Shown here piece after piece: positions 37,152 through 46,401 of a stretch of DNA of 64,000 nucleotides. The stretch is taken from positions 782,889 to 846,888 of the forward strand of contig OZ253462.1 in the NCBI GenBank assembly GCA_965261395.1. The letters run 5' to 3'. Position numbers and translations under genes: made by a program. A model generated the notes under the pieces. It saw nothing but the letters and a program-made list of their open reading frames with translations, had not been told where the DNA came from and did no database searches. Positions within the stretch are counted from its first letter, which is position 1. The number at the start of each line of letters is the position of its first letter. This DNA is from Candidatus Latescibacterota bacterium. GTDB lineage: Bacteria; Latescibacterota; UBA2968; UBA8231.

Positions 37152-38876
37152 CTACCTCGGCTCCCGATAGACATCCGGCCCGGAGCCGCCGACCAAGATG
37201 TCCAAGTCAACGCCCTTGTCGGCTTGGAGCACGTGCCGGACGTAGAGACCGGCATAACCCCGCGTGACGATCGGCGCGGGCGGCGTCCACGCTTGCCGCC
37301 TTCTTTGTAACTCCTCATCGGGCACGGCCATATTCAACGACCGCTTCTCCACGTCTAGCTCAATCAGGTCGCCTTCCTGCACCAAGGCCAGCGGACCGCC
37401 CACGGCGGCTTCGGGCGCGATGTGCAGAATCACCGTCCCGTAGGCCGTGCCGCTCATCCGCCCGTCCGAGATGCAAACCATATCGCGCACGCCCTGCTGC
37501 AACAGCTTCTTGGGCAATCCTAACTTCCCGGCCTCGGGCATACCGGGGAAACCTTTGGGGCCGATGCCCTTTAAGACCAGCACGCTGTCTTTATCGACGT
37601 CGAGATTGGGGTCGTCAATCCGCTCCCTATAGTCTTCTATACTCTCAAACACTACGGCTCTTCCTCGGTGCTGCATCAGTTCGGGTGAGGCGGCCGACGG
37701 CTTGATAATCGCCCCATCCGGGCAGAGGTTACCCCGGAGCACGGCGATCCCGGCCGCCTCCTTGAGCGGCTTGTCAATCGCGGCGATGACCTCTCGGTTG
37801 TAGCATTGGGCACCCGAGGTGTTTTCGCCGAGCGATTTGCCCGTCACCGTCAAGGTATCCATGTGCAGATGTTCCTTCATCTCTTGAATTACGACGGGCA
37901 AGCCCCCGGCGTAGAAGAAATCCTCCATCAGGTATTCGCCCGAGGGCATTAGATTGACCAAGTGCGGCATGCGGCTGCCCAAGCGGTCGAAGTCGTCCAA
38001 ATCCAATTCGACGCCGAGCCGTCCGGCAATGGCCAACAGATGCACCACGAAGTTGGTCGAGCCGCCCAGTGCGGCGTTGACCTTGATGGCGTTTTCTATG
38101 GCTAGCCGCGTCACAATGCGCGACATGCGCAAGTCTTCGCGCACCATCTCGACGATGCGATTGCCCGCCAGATGCCCCAAGCGCTTGCGCCGCGCATCTG
38201 GTGCCGGAATCGCCGCGCCGCTCGGCAGCGTCAGCCCGAGGGTCTCGACCATGCAGGCCATCGTCGAGGCCGTGCCCATGGTCATGCAGTGGCCGTCTGA
38301 GCGCGAAATCCCGGCCTCGGCCTCCAGATAATCCAAGCGCGAGATACTCCCGGCCCGCAGCTCGGTCGTAAAGCGATAGACATCCGTGCCGGAGCCGATA
38401 TTCTGATTGCGGAACTTGCCGTTGAGCATCGGCCCGCCCGTCACCGCGATGGTCGGCAAGTCCACGCTCGCCGCTCCCATCAGACAGGCTGGCGTCGTCT
38501 TATCGCAGCCGGTCAACAGCACCACCCCGTCGAGCGGGTTGGCGCGGATACTTTCCTCCACGTCCATGCTCGCCAAGTTGCGGTAGAGCATGGTCGTCGG
38601 CTTCATCAGCGTCTCGCCGAGCGAGGTAACCGGAAATTCGAGCGGAAAGCCTCCAGCTTCGTACACTCCGCGCTTGACTTGCTCGGCCAAGATCCGCAGA
38701 TGCGCGTTGCAAGGATTCAAATCCGACCACGTGTTGCAGATCCCGATCACGGGCCGGCCATCGAACATCTGCTCGGGATGGCCTTGGTTTTTGGTCCAGC
38801 CTCGGGACACAAATCCTTGATGCCACTCGTCGCCAAACCAAGCGGCGCTGCGCAGCGTCTTTTCGTCGCCTGTCAT
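37152..38876 (-). CDS. IlvD/Edd-family dehydratase (sugar-acid dehydratase-like)
   Basis: Start trimmed to ATG 38874-38876. PVIGICNTWSDLNPCNAHL, LLTGCDKTTPACLMGA, DGHCMTMGTASTM, ISDGRMSGTA. Confidence 0.9.
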   Translation of the reverse strand: MTGDEKTLRSAAWFGDEWHQGFVSRGWTKNQGHPEQMFDGRPVIGICNTWSDLNPCNAHLRILAEQVKRGVYEAGGFPLEFPVTSLGETLMKPTTMLYRNLASMDVEESIRANPLDGVVLLTGCDKTTPACLMGAASVDLPTIAVTGGPMLNGKFRNQNIGSGTDVYRFTTELRAGSISRLDYLEAEAGISRSDGHCMTMGTASTMACMVETLGLTLPSGAAIPAPDARRKRLGHLAGNRIVEMVREDLRMSRIVTRLAIENAIKVNAALGGSTNFVVHLLAIAGRLGVELDLDDFDRLGSRMPHLVNLMPSGEYLMEDFFYAGGLPVVIQEMKEHLHMDTLTVTGKSLGENTSGAQCYNREVIAAIDKPLKEAAGIAVLRGNLCPDGAIIKPSAASPELMQHRGRAVVFESIEDYRERIDDPNLDVDKDSVLVLKGIGPKGFPGMPEAGKLGLPKKLLQQGVRDMVCISDGRMSGTAYGTVILHIAPEAAVGGPLALVQEGDLIELDVEKRSLNMAVPDEELQRRRQAWTPPAPIVTRGYAGLYVRHVLQADKGVDLDILVGGSGPDVYREPR

Positions 38877-38877
38877 G

Positions 38878-39759
38878 CTACGCCGGCATCTCTCGCTGCG
38901 TGTGCGCTCGCCCCGCCCGGGCCGTTTCCTCATTCCCCCCAGAGAACACTCGTCCCCCAGCGTCAATTTTCGCTGCGACCGTTTCGGGTGCGGCCCCGTC
39001 CAAAAAGGCCACGCCGTTTTGCCGACACGCCGCCTTGACCCGCTCGTGCGTCTCCTGCATCTGCTCGGGCCACGGCTGCGGCATCGTCCGATACCCCAGC
39101 GAAAGGCTCAAGTCGCCCGGGCCCATCTCGGCAAAGCCGATCCCCGGTACGGACAGGATTTCCTCAATGTGGGGCAGGGCCGCCACCGACTCGATCTTCA
39201 GCCCTAACAGCAACTCGCCTTGCGGGTTGAGCGGCCAAGGATCGGCCTTGGTTAGATACTCGTCGCGGTTCACTCCCCACACGCCCCCACACACCCCCTC
39301 TGAGCCAACGCCGCGCGTGCCCCGGCCCAAGTCGGCACCGACGCCGATGGTGTTGATTGGATAGCGGCACGACTCGACAAAGGCCCGGACGGCCGCGGCC
39401 GATTCGGCTTGGCAAAGCAGAATTCCGTGCGCGCCCCGGCCCAATATCTGCCGAAACTGCCAAGCGTTGTAGCGCACGATCTCCTCCGACCTTCCTTCGA
39501 CCGGGGTCTCGACGATCACCGTCGGCGTCCGATGCCCGCTGCGCGTCGGTCCGCCGGCGATCAGGCCGCGCAAGTACTCGTCCAGCCCGGCCATATCGAA
39601 CGAACCGTGTTCCATGCCGACATTGATGTAGTCGGCCCAAGTTCCGGCGTCCTCTTTGCCCTGCTCGTAGGTCAGCACGTGTCCGGCGTGGGCACCTGTG
39701 TAGTAGATTGGCTGACCCTCGGCGAGGAGTTCGACAGCGCGGTTGATTTTCTTACTCAT
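38878..39759 (-). CDS. HpcH/HpaI aldolase/citrate-lyase-family protein
   Basis: YINVGMEHGSFDM, ILLCQAESAAAVRAFV, LGLKIESVAALPHIEEILSVPGIGFAEMGPGDLS. The stop lies 1 nt before the IlvD-family start. Confidence 0.75.
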   Translation of the reverse strand: MSKKINRAVELLAEGQPIYYTGAHAGHVLTYEQGKEDAGTWADYINVGMEHGSFDMAGLDEYLRGLIAGGPTRSGHRTPTVIVETPVEGRSEEIVRYNAWQFRQILGRGAHGILLCQAESAAAVRAFVESCRYPINTIGVGADLGRGTRGVGSEGVCGGVWGVNRDEYLTKADPWPLNPQGELLLGLKIESVAALPHIEEILSVPGIGFAEMGPGDLSLSLGYRTMPQPWPEQMQETHERVKAACRQNGVAFLDGAAPETVAAKIDAGGRVFSGGNEETARAGRAHTQREMPA

Positions 39760-39784
39760 CCAATTGCTCCTTAAGTGATCTGTG

Positions 39785-40645
39785 TTAATTCCACGAGTCC
39801 GCCCCCAAGAGCTTCCGCCCTAGGGAGGTCAACTCGGCAGGCTGCTGATGCTGGTGTTCCCAATCCCGCTCATCGCCGGGCCAGCCAGACGTCGGCCGCC
39901 GCTCCTGCCAAGCAGCAACCCGCTCCTGGCATGCGGCCTCTCCGTTGGCGGGTGCTGGCGACATGGTGATGTACTGCGCCAATCGCGGCCGATCGGCCCG
40001 ATTGTGACCGTTGCCGTGGGCCAACAACCGATGCCAGATCAGCAGGTCTCCAGCTTGGCCCGCAATCGACTTGACCGTTAGCCCTGTCAGATCGGGCCGG
40101 CGCGTGTCGCGATCTGCTGGCTGAGTTTTGACCCATTCGTCGAATATCCGGTGAAAGCCGGGGACGCACTGGAAACCGCCTTGGTCCTCCGTCGTATCCG
40201 TCAAATACAGCACCCCTTGCACCCCAAAGGACACCGGCTGCTGTGTCGTATCGACATCCCAGTGAATCATCCCCTTGTTGCACCACTCGGGCCGATCTTC
40301 GCGCGCCGGCGGTTTCATATTGGCCCGGTCCAGCGAGACCCACAATTTTTCGTCGCCCCAGATCTCGGCAAAAGCCTGATGCACCTTGGGGTACTGCCGA
40401 TTGTCCCACAAAGCTTGGTGCTGGTAGATTTCGACCATCCCCGCCGCTGAAATCGGCGAACACAGATTGTCGCGGGTATAGGGCTGGTACTTGTACCATT
40501 CCTCTGCGCGTTCTGGATCCATCTCCAGAAATTCCCAGACGGTCGTCACCATCGCGTCCAAATTTTCCTCGGGCACGGCGTTGTGGACGACCACATAGCC
40601 ATTTTCCTCCCAGAAGGCCCGATCTTCTTTGCTCAATACTGGCAT
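39785..40645 (-). CDS. PhyH-family Fe(II)/2OG dioxygenase
   Basis: Start trimmed to ATG 40643-40645. AFWEENGYVVVHNAV, MIHWDVD (HxD), VLYLTDTTEDQGGFQCVPGFH, LIWHRLLAHGNGHN. Confidence 0.8.
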   Translation of the reverse strand: MPVLSKEDRAFWEENGYVVVHNAVPEENLDAMVTTVWEFLEMDPERAEEWYKYQPYTRDNLCSPISAAGMVEIYQHQALWDNRQYPKVHQAFAEIWGDEKLWVSLDRANMKPPAREDRPEWCNKGMIHWDVDTTQQPVSFGVQGVLYLTDTTEDQGGFQCVPGFHRIFDEWVKTQPADRDTRRPDLTGLTVKSIAGQAGDLLIWHRLLAHGNGHNRADRPRLAQYITMSPAPANGEAACQERVAAWQERRPTSGWPGDERDWEHQHQQPAELTSLGRKLLGADSWN

Positions 40646-40682
40646 ATTCTCTCCTCTAAGTCGCCCTGCGTTTATGCCTAGC

Positions 40683-41696
40683 TTATCCATACACCATCTG
40701 TATCAATGCCCGAATATACCCAATGGCATACGCCTTCCCGTACAACGACCCGTACCCATGTGGAAAAGACGGCGTGTGGTCCATCATATACGGCCCATTA
40801 AACCCATTATCGCGATATACTTCCATCGCGCGCCGCATATCCACTTCCCCCTCATCCAAGAACACCTCGGTAAATCGCGGCAACTGCCCGCGTACATTGC
40901 GGAAATGCACCCATGCGATTTTGTCCTTTGCAGCCATCTCGGCGATTGCGTCGTAGATCTTTTCCGGCCCTAGCAACTCGGTCATGCACCCCTGGCAAAA
41001 GAGCATGCAATTGCTGTCGCTTGGCGCGATCTTGAAGAAGATCCTGCGGAACTGCTCCATGGTCGAACAAATCTGCGCCACGCCCCCTAGCGGCTCGGGA
41101 ATCGGCGGGTCGTCCGGGTGCAGGGCCATCCGCACCCCCGCCTTTTCGGCCGCGGGGATCGCCGCCGCTAGAAATCGCTCCATCCGCGCCCACATCTGCG
41201 CTTCGTCCACTGGAGGCTCGTGTGGTTCGGGCCGGTTTTTAGCAAAAACTGCGTAGTCGAACGTACTGTATTTCACGCCGCCTCTACCCGTATCCGCAGG
41301 GGTGCGAAAATTGCCCATGGGTTTGAAATTCCAGCCCACGCAGGGAATACCGGCTTGGCCCACGCTCTCCAGCATCTTGCACCAGTGGCCGATCTTCTCG
41401 TCCATGTCCTCCTCGGCCAAGGTGATCTCCTCCCAAGCAGGCATGAAGATATTGTTCAGCTTCATGCCGTGCGCCTCAATCTTTTCCCGCGCCTGCGCCA
41501 ACGTGTCGGTGCAGTCCTTGCCGGCCTTTAAATCCTGTGCCAGCGACGTATTCGCCGAGCCGGTACCGCTCCGACGCCCGGCGACGGGCGCTCCTCCACG
41601 CAACTCCAGATGGACTGAGTCCACCCCGATCGCGCGAAAAAAGCTCAGATGCTCGTCGTCGAGTTCGCCGATGGAAATTTGGTCTTGGATATACAT
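40683..41696 (-). CDS. uxuA: mannonate dehydratase (short UxuA form)
   Basis: AEKAGVRMALHPDDPP, CSTMEQF, WVHFRNV, GEVDMRRAMEVY and MMDHTP parallel the E. coli UxuA blocks VGVRMAVHPDDPP / FTHLRS / GDVDMYEVV / MRPDHG. Confidence 0.8.
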   Translation of the reverse strand: MYIQDQISIGELDDEHLSFFRAIGVDSVHLELRGGAPVAGRRSGTGSANTSLAQDLKAGKDCTDTLAQAREKIEAHGMKLNNIFMPAWEEITLAEEDMDEKIGHWCKMLESVGQAGIPCVGWNFKPMGNFRTPADTGRGGVKYSTFDYAVFAKNRPEPHEPPVDEAQMWARMERFLAAAIPAAEKAGVRMALHPDDPPIPEPLGGVAQICSTMEQFRRIFFKIAPSDSNCMLFCQGCMTELLGPEKIYDAIAEMAAKDKIAWVHFRNVRGQLPRFTEVFLDEGEVDMRRAMEVYRDNGFNGPYMMDHTPSFPHGYGSLYGKAYAIGYIRALIQMVYG

Positions 41697-41744
41697 CCGC
41701 CGCTTTCTTTGTTGACCGCAACCCTCCGCGTCAATACCTGTTTA

Positions 41745-42662
41745 TCATCCGGCGACCGGCCGATCCCGCTGATTTTGTCCGCCGTAGCGGAAGCCCGGCA
41801 CGTTGTCGGCGCAGTAGGTTCCGCGGAAGAGGGTCTGCCGCATCGGTGGCATCTGCTCGACGAGTTCGGCCGGTGGCGACCACGAGCTCCAGCGCGAGCC
41901 AACGCTATTGTAGAGGTTGAAGATGCCCACCCGCTCGTTGTCGGCATTGGTCCACGGAGAGGTGCTGTGCGCCAGGGCCTCGGTAAAAAACAATACCGAC
42001 CCAGCCGGGCACTCGTATGTTTCCCACACCGCCGAATGCGGGTCCTGAATGGCGGCGGGCGAGGGGTATGCGGCCTTATGGCTCCCCGTGGCTAAGAGCG
42101 TGCCGCCCTGTCTCATTTTGACCGGTGCTAGCTCCCACACCACCCGCGTCAACCCGCTAAAGGACTTGCCGGGAATACTCTGGTAGTGATGCGAATCTAC
42201 AGCAAAGCGAAAGAAGCCGCTGCCGTTGTGCGGTTTGAAAACGCCCTCCCGCTCGGGGGTCGCCGCTGGGTTGCGCAAGCCACTGCCCTCCATGCGAAAC
42301 CCGTAGCACTCGGCGCTCGATAGCCCAGGAAACGCCAGAAACTCGTTGAGGAAGCCCACTACCACCGGATGATCGGTCAGCTTCTCCAGCGGCCCGGCCA
42401 CAAAGGAACGCTCGTGTTCCGGCAGCGACTCCGGGTGCTGCTGCACGCGCAATGCGTACTCGCGCATGGCTTCAATCTCGTCGTCGGCCAATACCCCGGG
42501 CACCAAGAGCCACCCGCGGACATCGAAGAGGTATTTCTGCTCGTCGGTCAGCTCGGCGACCGGTTCGCCATCGGCGTTTTTTTGCGGTAGGTCGCCTTCC
42601 TCCAACAGCAACGGCTGCCCTAGATTCTTATCTACTACGTATGCTTCGCTCATCTTGTGCAT
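41745..42662 (-). CDS. PhyH-like dioxygenase, GDGG-PGSHK subgroup without obvious HxD
   Basis: EQKYLFDVRGWLLVPGVL, KPHNGSG at the expected HxD position, VWELAPVKMRQGGTLLATGSHK, distal His in EALAHSTSPW. Confidence 0.75.
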   Translation of the reverse strand: MHKMSEAYVVDKNLGQPLLLEEGDLPQKNADGEPVAELTDEQKYLFDVRGWLLVPGVLADDEIEAMREYALRVQQHPESLPEHERSFVAGPLEKLTDHPVVVGFLNEFLAFPGLSSAECYGFRMEGSGLRNPAATPEREGVFKPHNGSGFFRFAVDSHHYQSIPGKSFSGLTRVVWELAPVKMRQGGTLLATGSHKAAYPSPAAIQDPHSAVWETYECPAGSVLFFTEALAHSTSPWTNADNERVGIFNLYNSVGSRWSSWSPPAELVEQMPPMRQTLFRGTYCADNVPGFRYGGQNQRDRPVAG

Positions 42663-42688
42663 CCTCCTTTTCGCGGTGCATCTAGGAC

Positions 42689-42994
42689 CTACTCGGCCTT
42701 GGGGAATGGGCCGGGCGGCGTCTTATTGGTTCCATCCACCTCGTATTCGTCCGCCGGAAACGCCGTGCATAAGAACTTGCGAAAGCGCTGTGCTCGCGCC
42801 TCGGGCGTATCGCCCATCGGATCCATGGGGTCGGCGTCCGTGCGTACGTTCTCTGGCTCGGGCGTGTACAGGATGTTCTTGATCACCCCGCGCATCTCTG
42901 CCGCTTGGTCGGCCGTCGCGACCCCAGGCACTGTGAAATAGCCCTTCTCTTCCCACGTTTGGACTTGGGCTTGGGTGGGTTGCCAGCTTTTCAT
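42689..42994 (-). pseudogene. N-terminal fragment of a PhyH-family gene
   Basis: 101-aa ORF. PTQAQVQTWEEKGYFTVPGVATADQAAEMRGVI and ARAQRFRKF resemble the first 75 aa or so of PhyH proteins. No HxD or PGSH region follows. Confidence 0.45.
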
Positions 42995-43006
42995 GCGTCC
43001 TCCATC

Positions 43007-44146
43007 TCAGTGCTCTTCAACTACCAGCGAGCTGAATTTATCCTCGTCCCACTCCGCGCCCCAACCCGGCCCATCCGGGGGCGCGATGTGCCCTTCTTCA
43101 ATCAAGGGCGCGTTGAGCAAACCCCACCGCGCCCCGGTCTGCCGCAAGCTGTCGGCCGTTGCCCCGAAAAACTCGTAGAAATCCGTGTTGTCGATACAGC
43201 AGCCCAAGTGCGCGTGGACCAGCCCATCCAACGCCCCGCCGCCATTCAGTTCGATATTCGCGCCGTGCAGCTCGGCCAGATGCGCCAGCTTCAGCACCTG
43301 CGTCGTCCCGTGCCGGGCATTGCCCCGCAGGCGATCGGTCGCCCCTTGGATCAGCCATTGCGCCGTCAAGTCGATGTCGTGCATCAGCATCTCGGTGCCC
43401 ATCACCGGAATGGTCAACGCTCGGCACAACTCCTGATATTGATTCATCTTCTGCTCGTGCATCGGCTCTTCCAACCACACAAAATCCAGTTCCTCCAGCA
43501 CCCTCCCCACTTCAAGGGCCTCGCGCAAGTCATAGGAACACACTGGATCGGTGATCAACTCGTAATCCGGCCCCACGGCGTCCCGCACGGCCCTGTAAAT
43601 GGGGATATCGGCCTTGCCTCCTTTATAGGTGTGAAACTTGTACGCCCCAATACCCATCCCCTTGCCGGTCTCTATGGCCCTGAGATAGCCCTCTATGTCC
43701 GTATCTCCGCCGGTCAGATACGCGGGTAGCCGCGGCCGCACGCGCCCCACCAACGCATAGACCGGTAGCCCCGCAGTCTTGCCCAAAATGTCCCACAGAC
43801 AGTTGTCAAACGCCCCAAACCAACCCGGGGGCTGGTACACCCACCGAGTTCCCTTCCAAAACTGCTGAAACAACTCCTCGCGCTCCCAAGGGCTCCGCCC
43901 CACCGAGTGATACCGCACGATGTCGGCCTGATAGGGAGTCATCGACGTATCGCTGCGGCCCACGATCCCCTCGTCCGTATGCACCTCCAAAAAGCTCTGC
44001 CGCACCGGGCGCAATTCCTGATCGGGTCTGCCCCTATGCGTGTACTGTGTCCTCCTCAGCCCCTCTACCCGCGCGATACTATGGCCGACGCTCCCCTTGC
44101 GGCTTGGGTCTTCCAACACCAGCAATTTCACCGCAGTGATTTTCAT
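43007..44146 (-). CDS. enolase-superfamily enzyme (MR/MLE family)
   Basis: MKITAVKLLVLE, VHTDEGIVGRSD, CLWDILGKTAGLPVYALVG, VWLEEP. Confidence 0.85.
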   Translation of the reverse strand: MKITAVKLLVLEDPSRKGSVGHSIARVEGLRRTQYTHRGRPDQELRPVRQSFLEVHTDEGIVGRSDTSMTPYQADIVRYHSVGRSPWEREELFQQFWKGTRWVYQPPGWFGAFDNCLWDILGKTAGLPVYALVGRVRPRLPAYLTGGDTDIEGYLRAIETGKGMGIGAYKFHTYKGGKADIPIYRAVRDAVGPDYELITDPVCSYDLREALEVGRVLEELDFVWLEEPMHEQKMNQYQELCRALTIPVMGTEMLMHDIDLTAQWLIQGATDRLRGNARHGTTQVLKLAHLAELHGANIELNGGGALDGLVHAHLGCCIDNTDFYEFFGATADSLRQTGARWGLLNAPLIEEGHIAPPDGPGWGAEWDEDKFSSLVVEEH

Positions 44147-44224
44147 GTTCGTCTCCTTTATCGGCGAATTTGAGTACCCTATATTTCATTTCCTCCCGAC
44201 GACTGTCAACCTCAGAGACCTATT

Positions 44225-45361
44225 ATGAAAATCGCCGCTATTGAAACCTTCGACCTCACCTGCCCCCTTGAACGCCCCTTTGGCTGGTCCCAAGGCTGGA
44301 TCGACCAGCGCAGCACCACGCTCGTCAAAGTCTCCACGGACGACGGCCTCGTCGGCTGGGGCGAAGGCGCGGCCGCCGGTCTCATCGACGGCTTGCTCGC
44401 CCCGCTGCTCATCGGCCAAGACCCCATGGACCGCGCGGGGCTGTGGGAGCGCATGTTCCACGCCCTCTACAACGGCAATAACGCGGTCGGCCTAGCCGGC
44501 AGCGCCCTTTCCGCGCTCGACATTGCCCTTTGGGATCTCGCGGGCAAAGCCACCGGCCTCCCGGTCTGCGCCCTCCTCGGCGGCAAGGTCCGCGATAAAG
44601 TGGCCGTCTATGCCACCGGCCTCTACTATACCGAAGGCGAGTTTCCCGACCGCCTGCTCGACGAGGCGCGGGGCTATGTGGCCGCAGGCTTCAAGGGGAT
44701 GAAGACCAAGGTCGGGGGGCTATCCATCGCCGAGGATGTTGCGCGCGTCAGGGCGCTACGCGAGGCCATCGGCCCGGACATTCATCTCATGGTCGATGCC
44801 AACGAAGCCTACAACGCCACCACGGCGATTCGCCTTGGCCAGAAGCTGGCCGAGCTGGATCTGGTGTGGTTTGAAGAGCCGGTCAACGCCCAAGACTTGG
44901 ACGCCTATTTGGAAATCAAAGCGGCGCTACCCATGGCCATTGCCGGCGGCGAAAACCTGCGCACTCGCTACGAATTCAAGCCCTATCTGACGCGCCGCGC
45001 CTACGACATTGTCCAGCCCGACATCATGCACTGCGGCGGCATCACCGAAATGCAGCGCATCTGCGCCATGGCCAATGCCTGCGGCATTCAGGTCAACCCC
45101 CACGTCTGGGGATCGCCCGTTATGATCGCCGCCACTTTGCATCTAGCCGCCACCTTGCCGCCCTGCCCGCCAGCACGCAACGCCCAACCCTATATGCAGG
45201 AGCCGGTGATGGAATTCGACCGCACGCCGAGTGCCATCCGTCAAGAACTATGCGCGGTGCCGTTTGACCAAGAGGACAGCTTTGTGCTCGTGCCGACCGG
45301 GCCGGGATTGGGGATTGAGGTGGATGAAGAGGTGGTCGGGAATTTGCGGGCCTCTCGGTGA
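44225..45361 (+). CDS. enolase-superfamily enzyme (MR/MLE family)
   Basis: MKIAAIETFDL, VSTDDGLVGWGEG, ALWDLAGKATGLPVCALLGG, MVDANEAY, VWFEEP, VQPDIMHCGG. Confidence 0.9.
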   Translation: MKIAAIETFDLTCPLERPFGWSQGWIDQRSTTLVKVSTDDGLVGWGEGAAAGLIDGLLAPLLIGQDPMDRAGLWERMFHALYNGNNAVGLAGSALSALDIALWDLAGKATGLPVCALLGGKVRDKVAVYATGLYYTEGEFPDRLLDEARGYVAAGFKGMKTKVGGLSIAEDVARVRALREAIGPDIHLMVDANEAYNATTAIRLGQKLAELDLVWFEEPVNAQDLDAYLEIKAALPMAIAGGENLRTRYEFKPYLTRRAYDIVQPDIMHCGGITEMQRICAMANACGIQVNPHVWGSPVMIAATLHLAATLPPCPPARNAQPYMQEPVMEFDRTPSAIRQELCAVPFDQEDSFVLVPTGPGLGIEVDEEVVGNLRASR

Positions 45362-46284
45362 CGGCGAGCGACCGGACGGAGCGTCGATCACTAGGCCTGA
45401 CCCTTGCCTTTACCACTCTGCTGTTGTGGGGTGCCCTGCCCGTGGTGCTCAAGCTGCTGTTGCAATCGCTGGACCCCTTTACCGTTACTTGGTACCGTTT
45501 CCTGCTCGCGGGTGCTATGCTAGTCCCCGTCGTCCACTTTCGCTACGGCCTCGCGTCCCCCTTTCGGATCCGCGGCGCGGCCTTGGCTCTGGCGGTGGTT
45601 TGCGTCCTCGGCCTCGGCGGCAACTACCTGACGTATTTGATGGGCCTGAGCCGCATCTCGCCTGGCTCGGCTCAGATTGTGATGCAGTTTTCGCCAATAA
45701 TTGTACTCTTGGGCGGGCTGATCCTCTTCAAAGAATCCTTTAGCCGTTTGCAGTGGATCGGCCTCGGCGTGCTAATCGTGGGGATGGGGCTCTTTTTTAA
45801 TCAGCGCTTCGCCGAACTGCTCTCCTTGGTGGAAAACTACGGCATCGGCGTTTGGCTCGTCTTTACCTCGGCCATCCTCTGGGGAGCTTTCATGCTGGCG
45901 CAAAAACCCCTGCTGCGGCACTTGCCCTCGACCTCGATCATGGCCTTGGTCTATTGGTTTGGCATGATGCTGTTCCTGCCCTTGGCCCAGCCGAGCCGCA
46001 TACTCGACCTGCCGGCCATCCCCTGCTTGCTCTTGGCCTGCTCGGTCGTCTTCACCCTCGTCTCCTATCTCAGCTTCGCCGAATCGCTCAAGCGGATGGA
46101 AGCTTCGCGCATAGGTGCGCTGGTCTCGCTGACGCCCCTGATCACTATAGCCATGATGGGCCTACTCGCTCTCTTCGACCCCAACCTAGTCCCTATGGAA
46201 CCCCTCAACAAACTCGCCGTCGGCGGTACCATACTAGTCGTCATCGGATCTATGTGCGGCACCTTGGGGAGGAGCGCCTCCTAA
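45358..46284 (+). CDS. EamA/DMT-family transporter
   Basis: GTGA overlap with the upstream gene. About 10 hydrophobic segments. LLWGALPVVLKLLLQSLDPFTVTWYRFLLAG is a typical EamA start. Confidence 0.85.
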   Translation: MTASDRTERRSLGLTLAFTTLLLWGALPVVLKLLLQSLDPFTVTWYRFLLAGAMLVPVVHFRYGLASPFRIRGAALALAVVCVLGLGGNYLTYLMGLSRISPGSAQIVMQFSPIIVLLGGLILFKESFSRLQWIGLGVLIVGMGLFFNQRFAELLSLVENYGIGVWLVFTSAILWGAFMLAQKPLLRHLPSTSIMALVYWFGMMLFLPLAQPSRILDLPAIPCLLLACSVVFTLVSYLSFAESLKRMEASRIGALVSLTPLITIAMMGLLALFDPNLVPMEPLNKLAVGGTILVVIGSMCGTLGRSAS

Positions 46285-46401
46285 CGGCCTAAAGCAAAGC
46301 GAGAAAACATCCCGAGAAACTCATTAGCCGGGATTGAGGGTTGAAGTGGATGAAGAGGTCGTCGCGAGATTGCGACGAGAACCCTACAAGGAGCCAATTC
46401 T

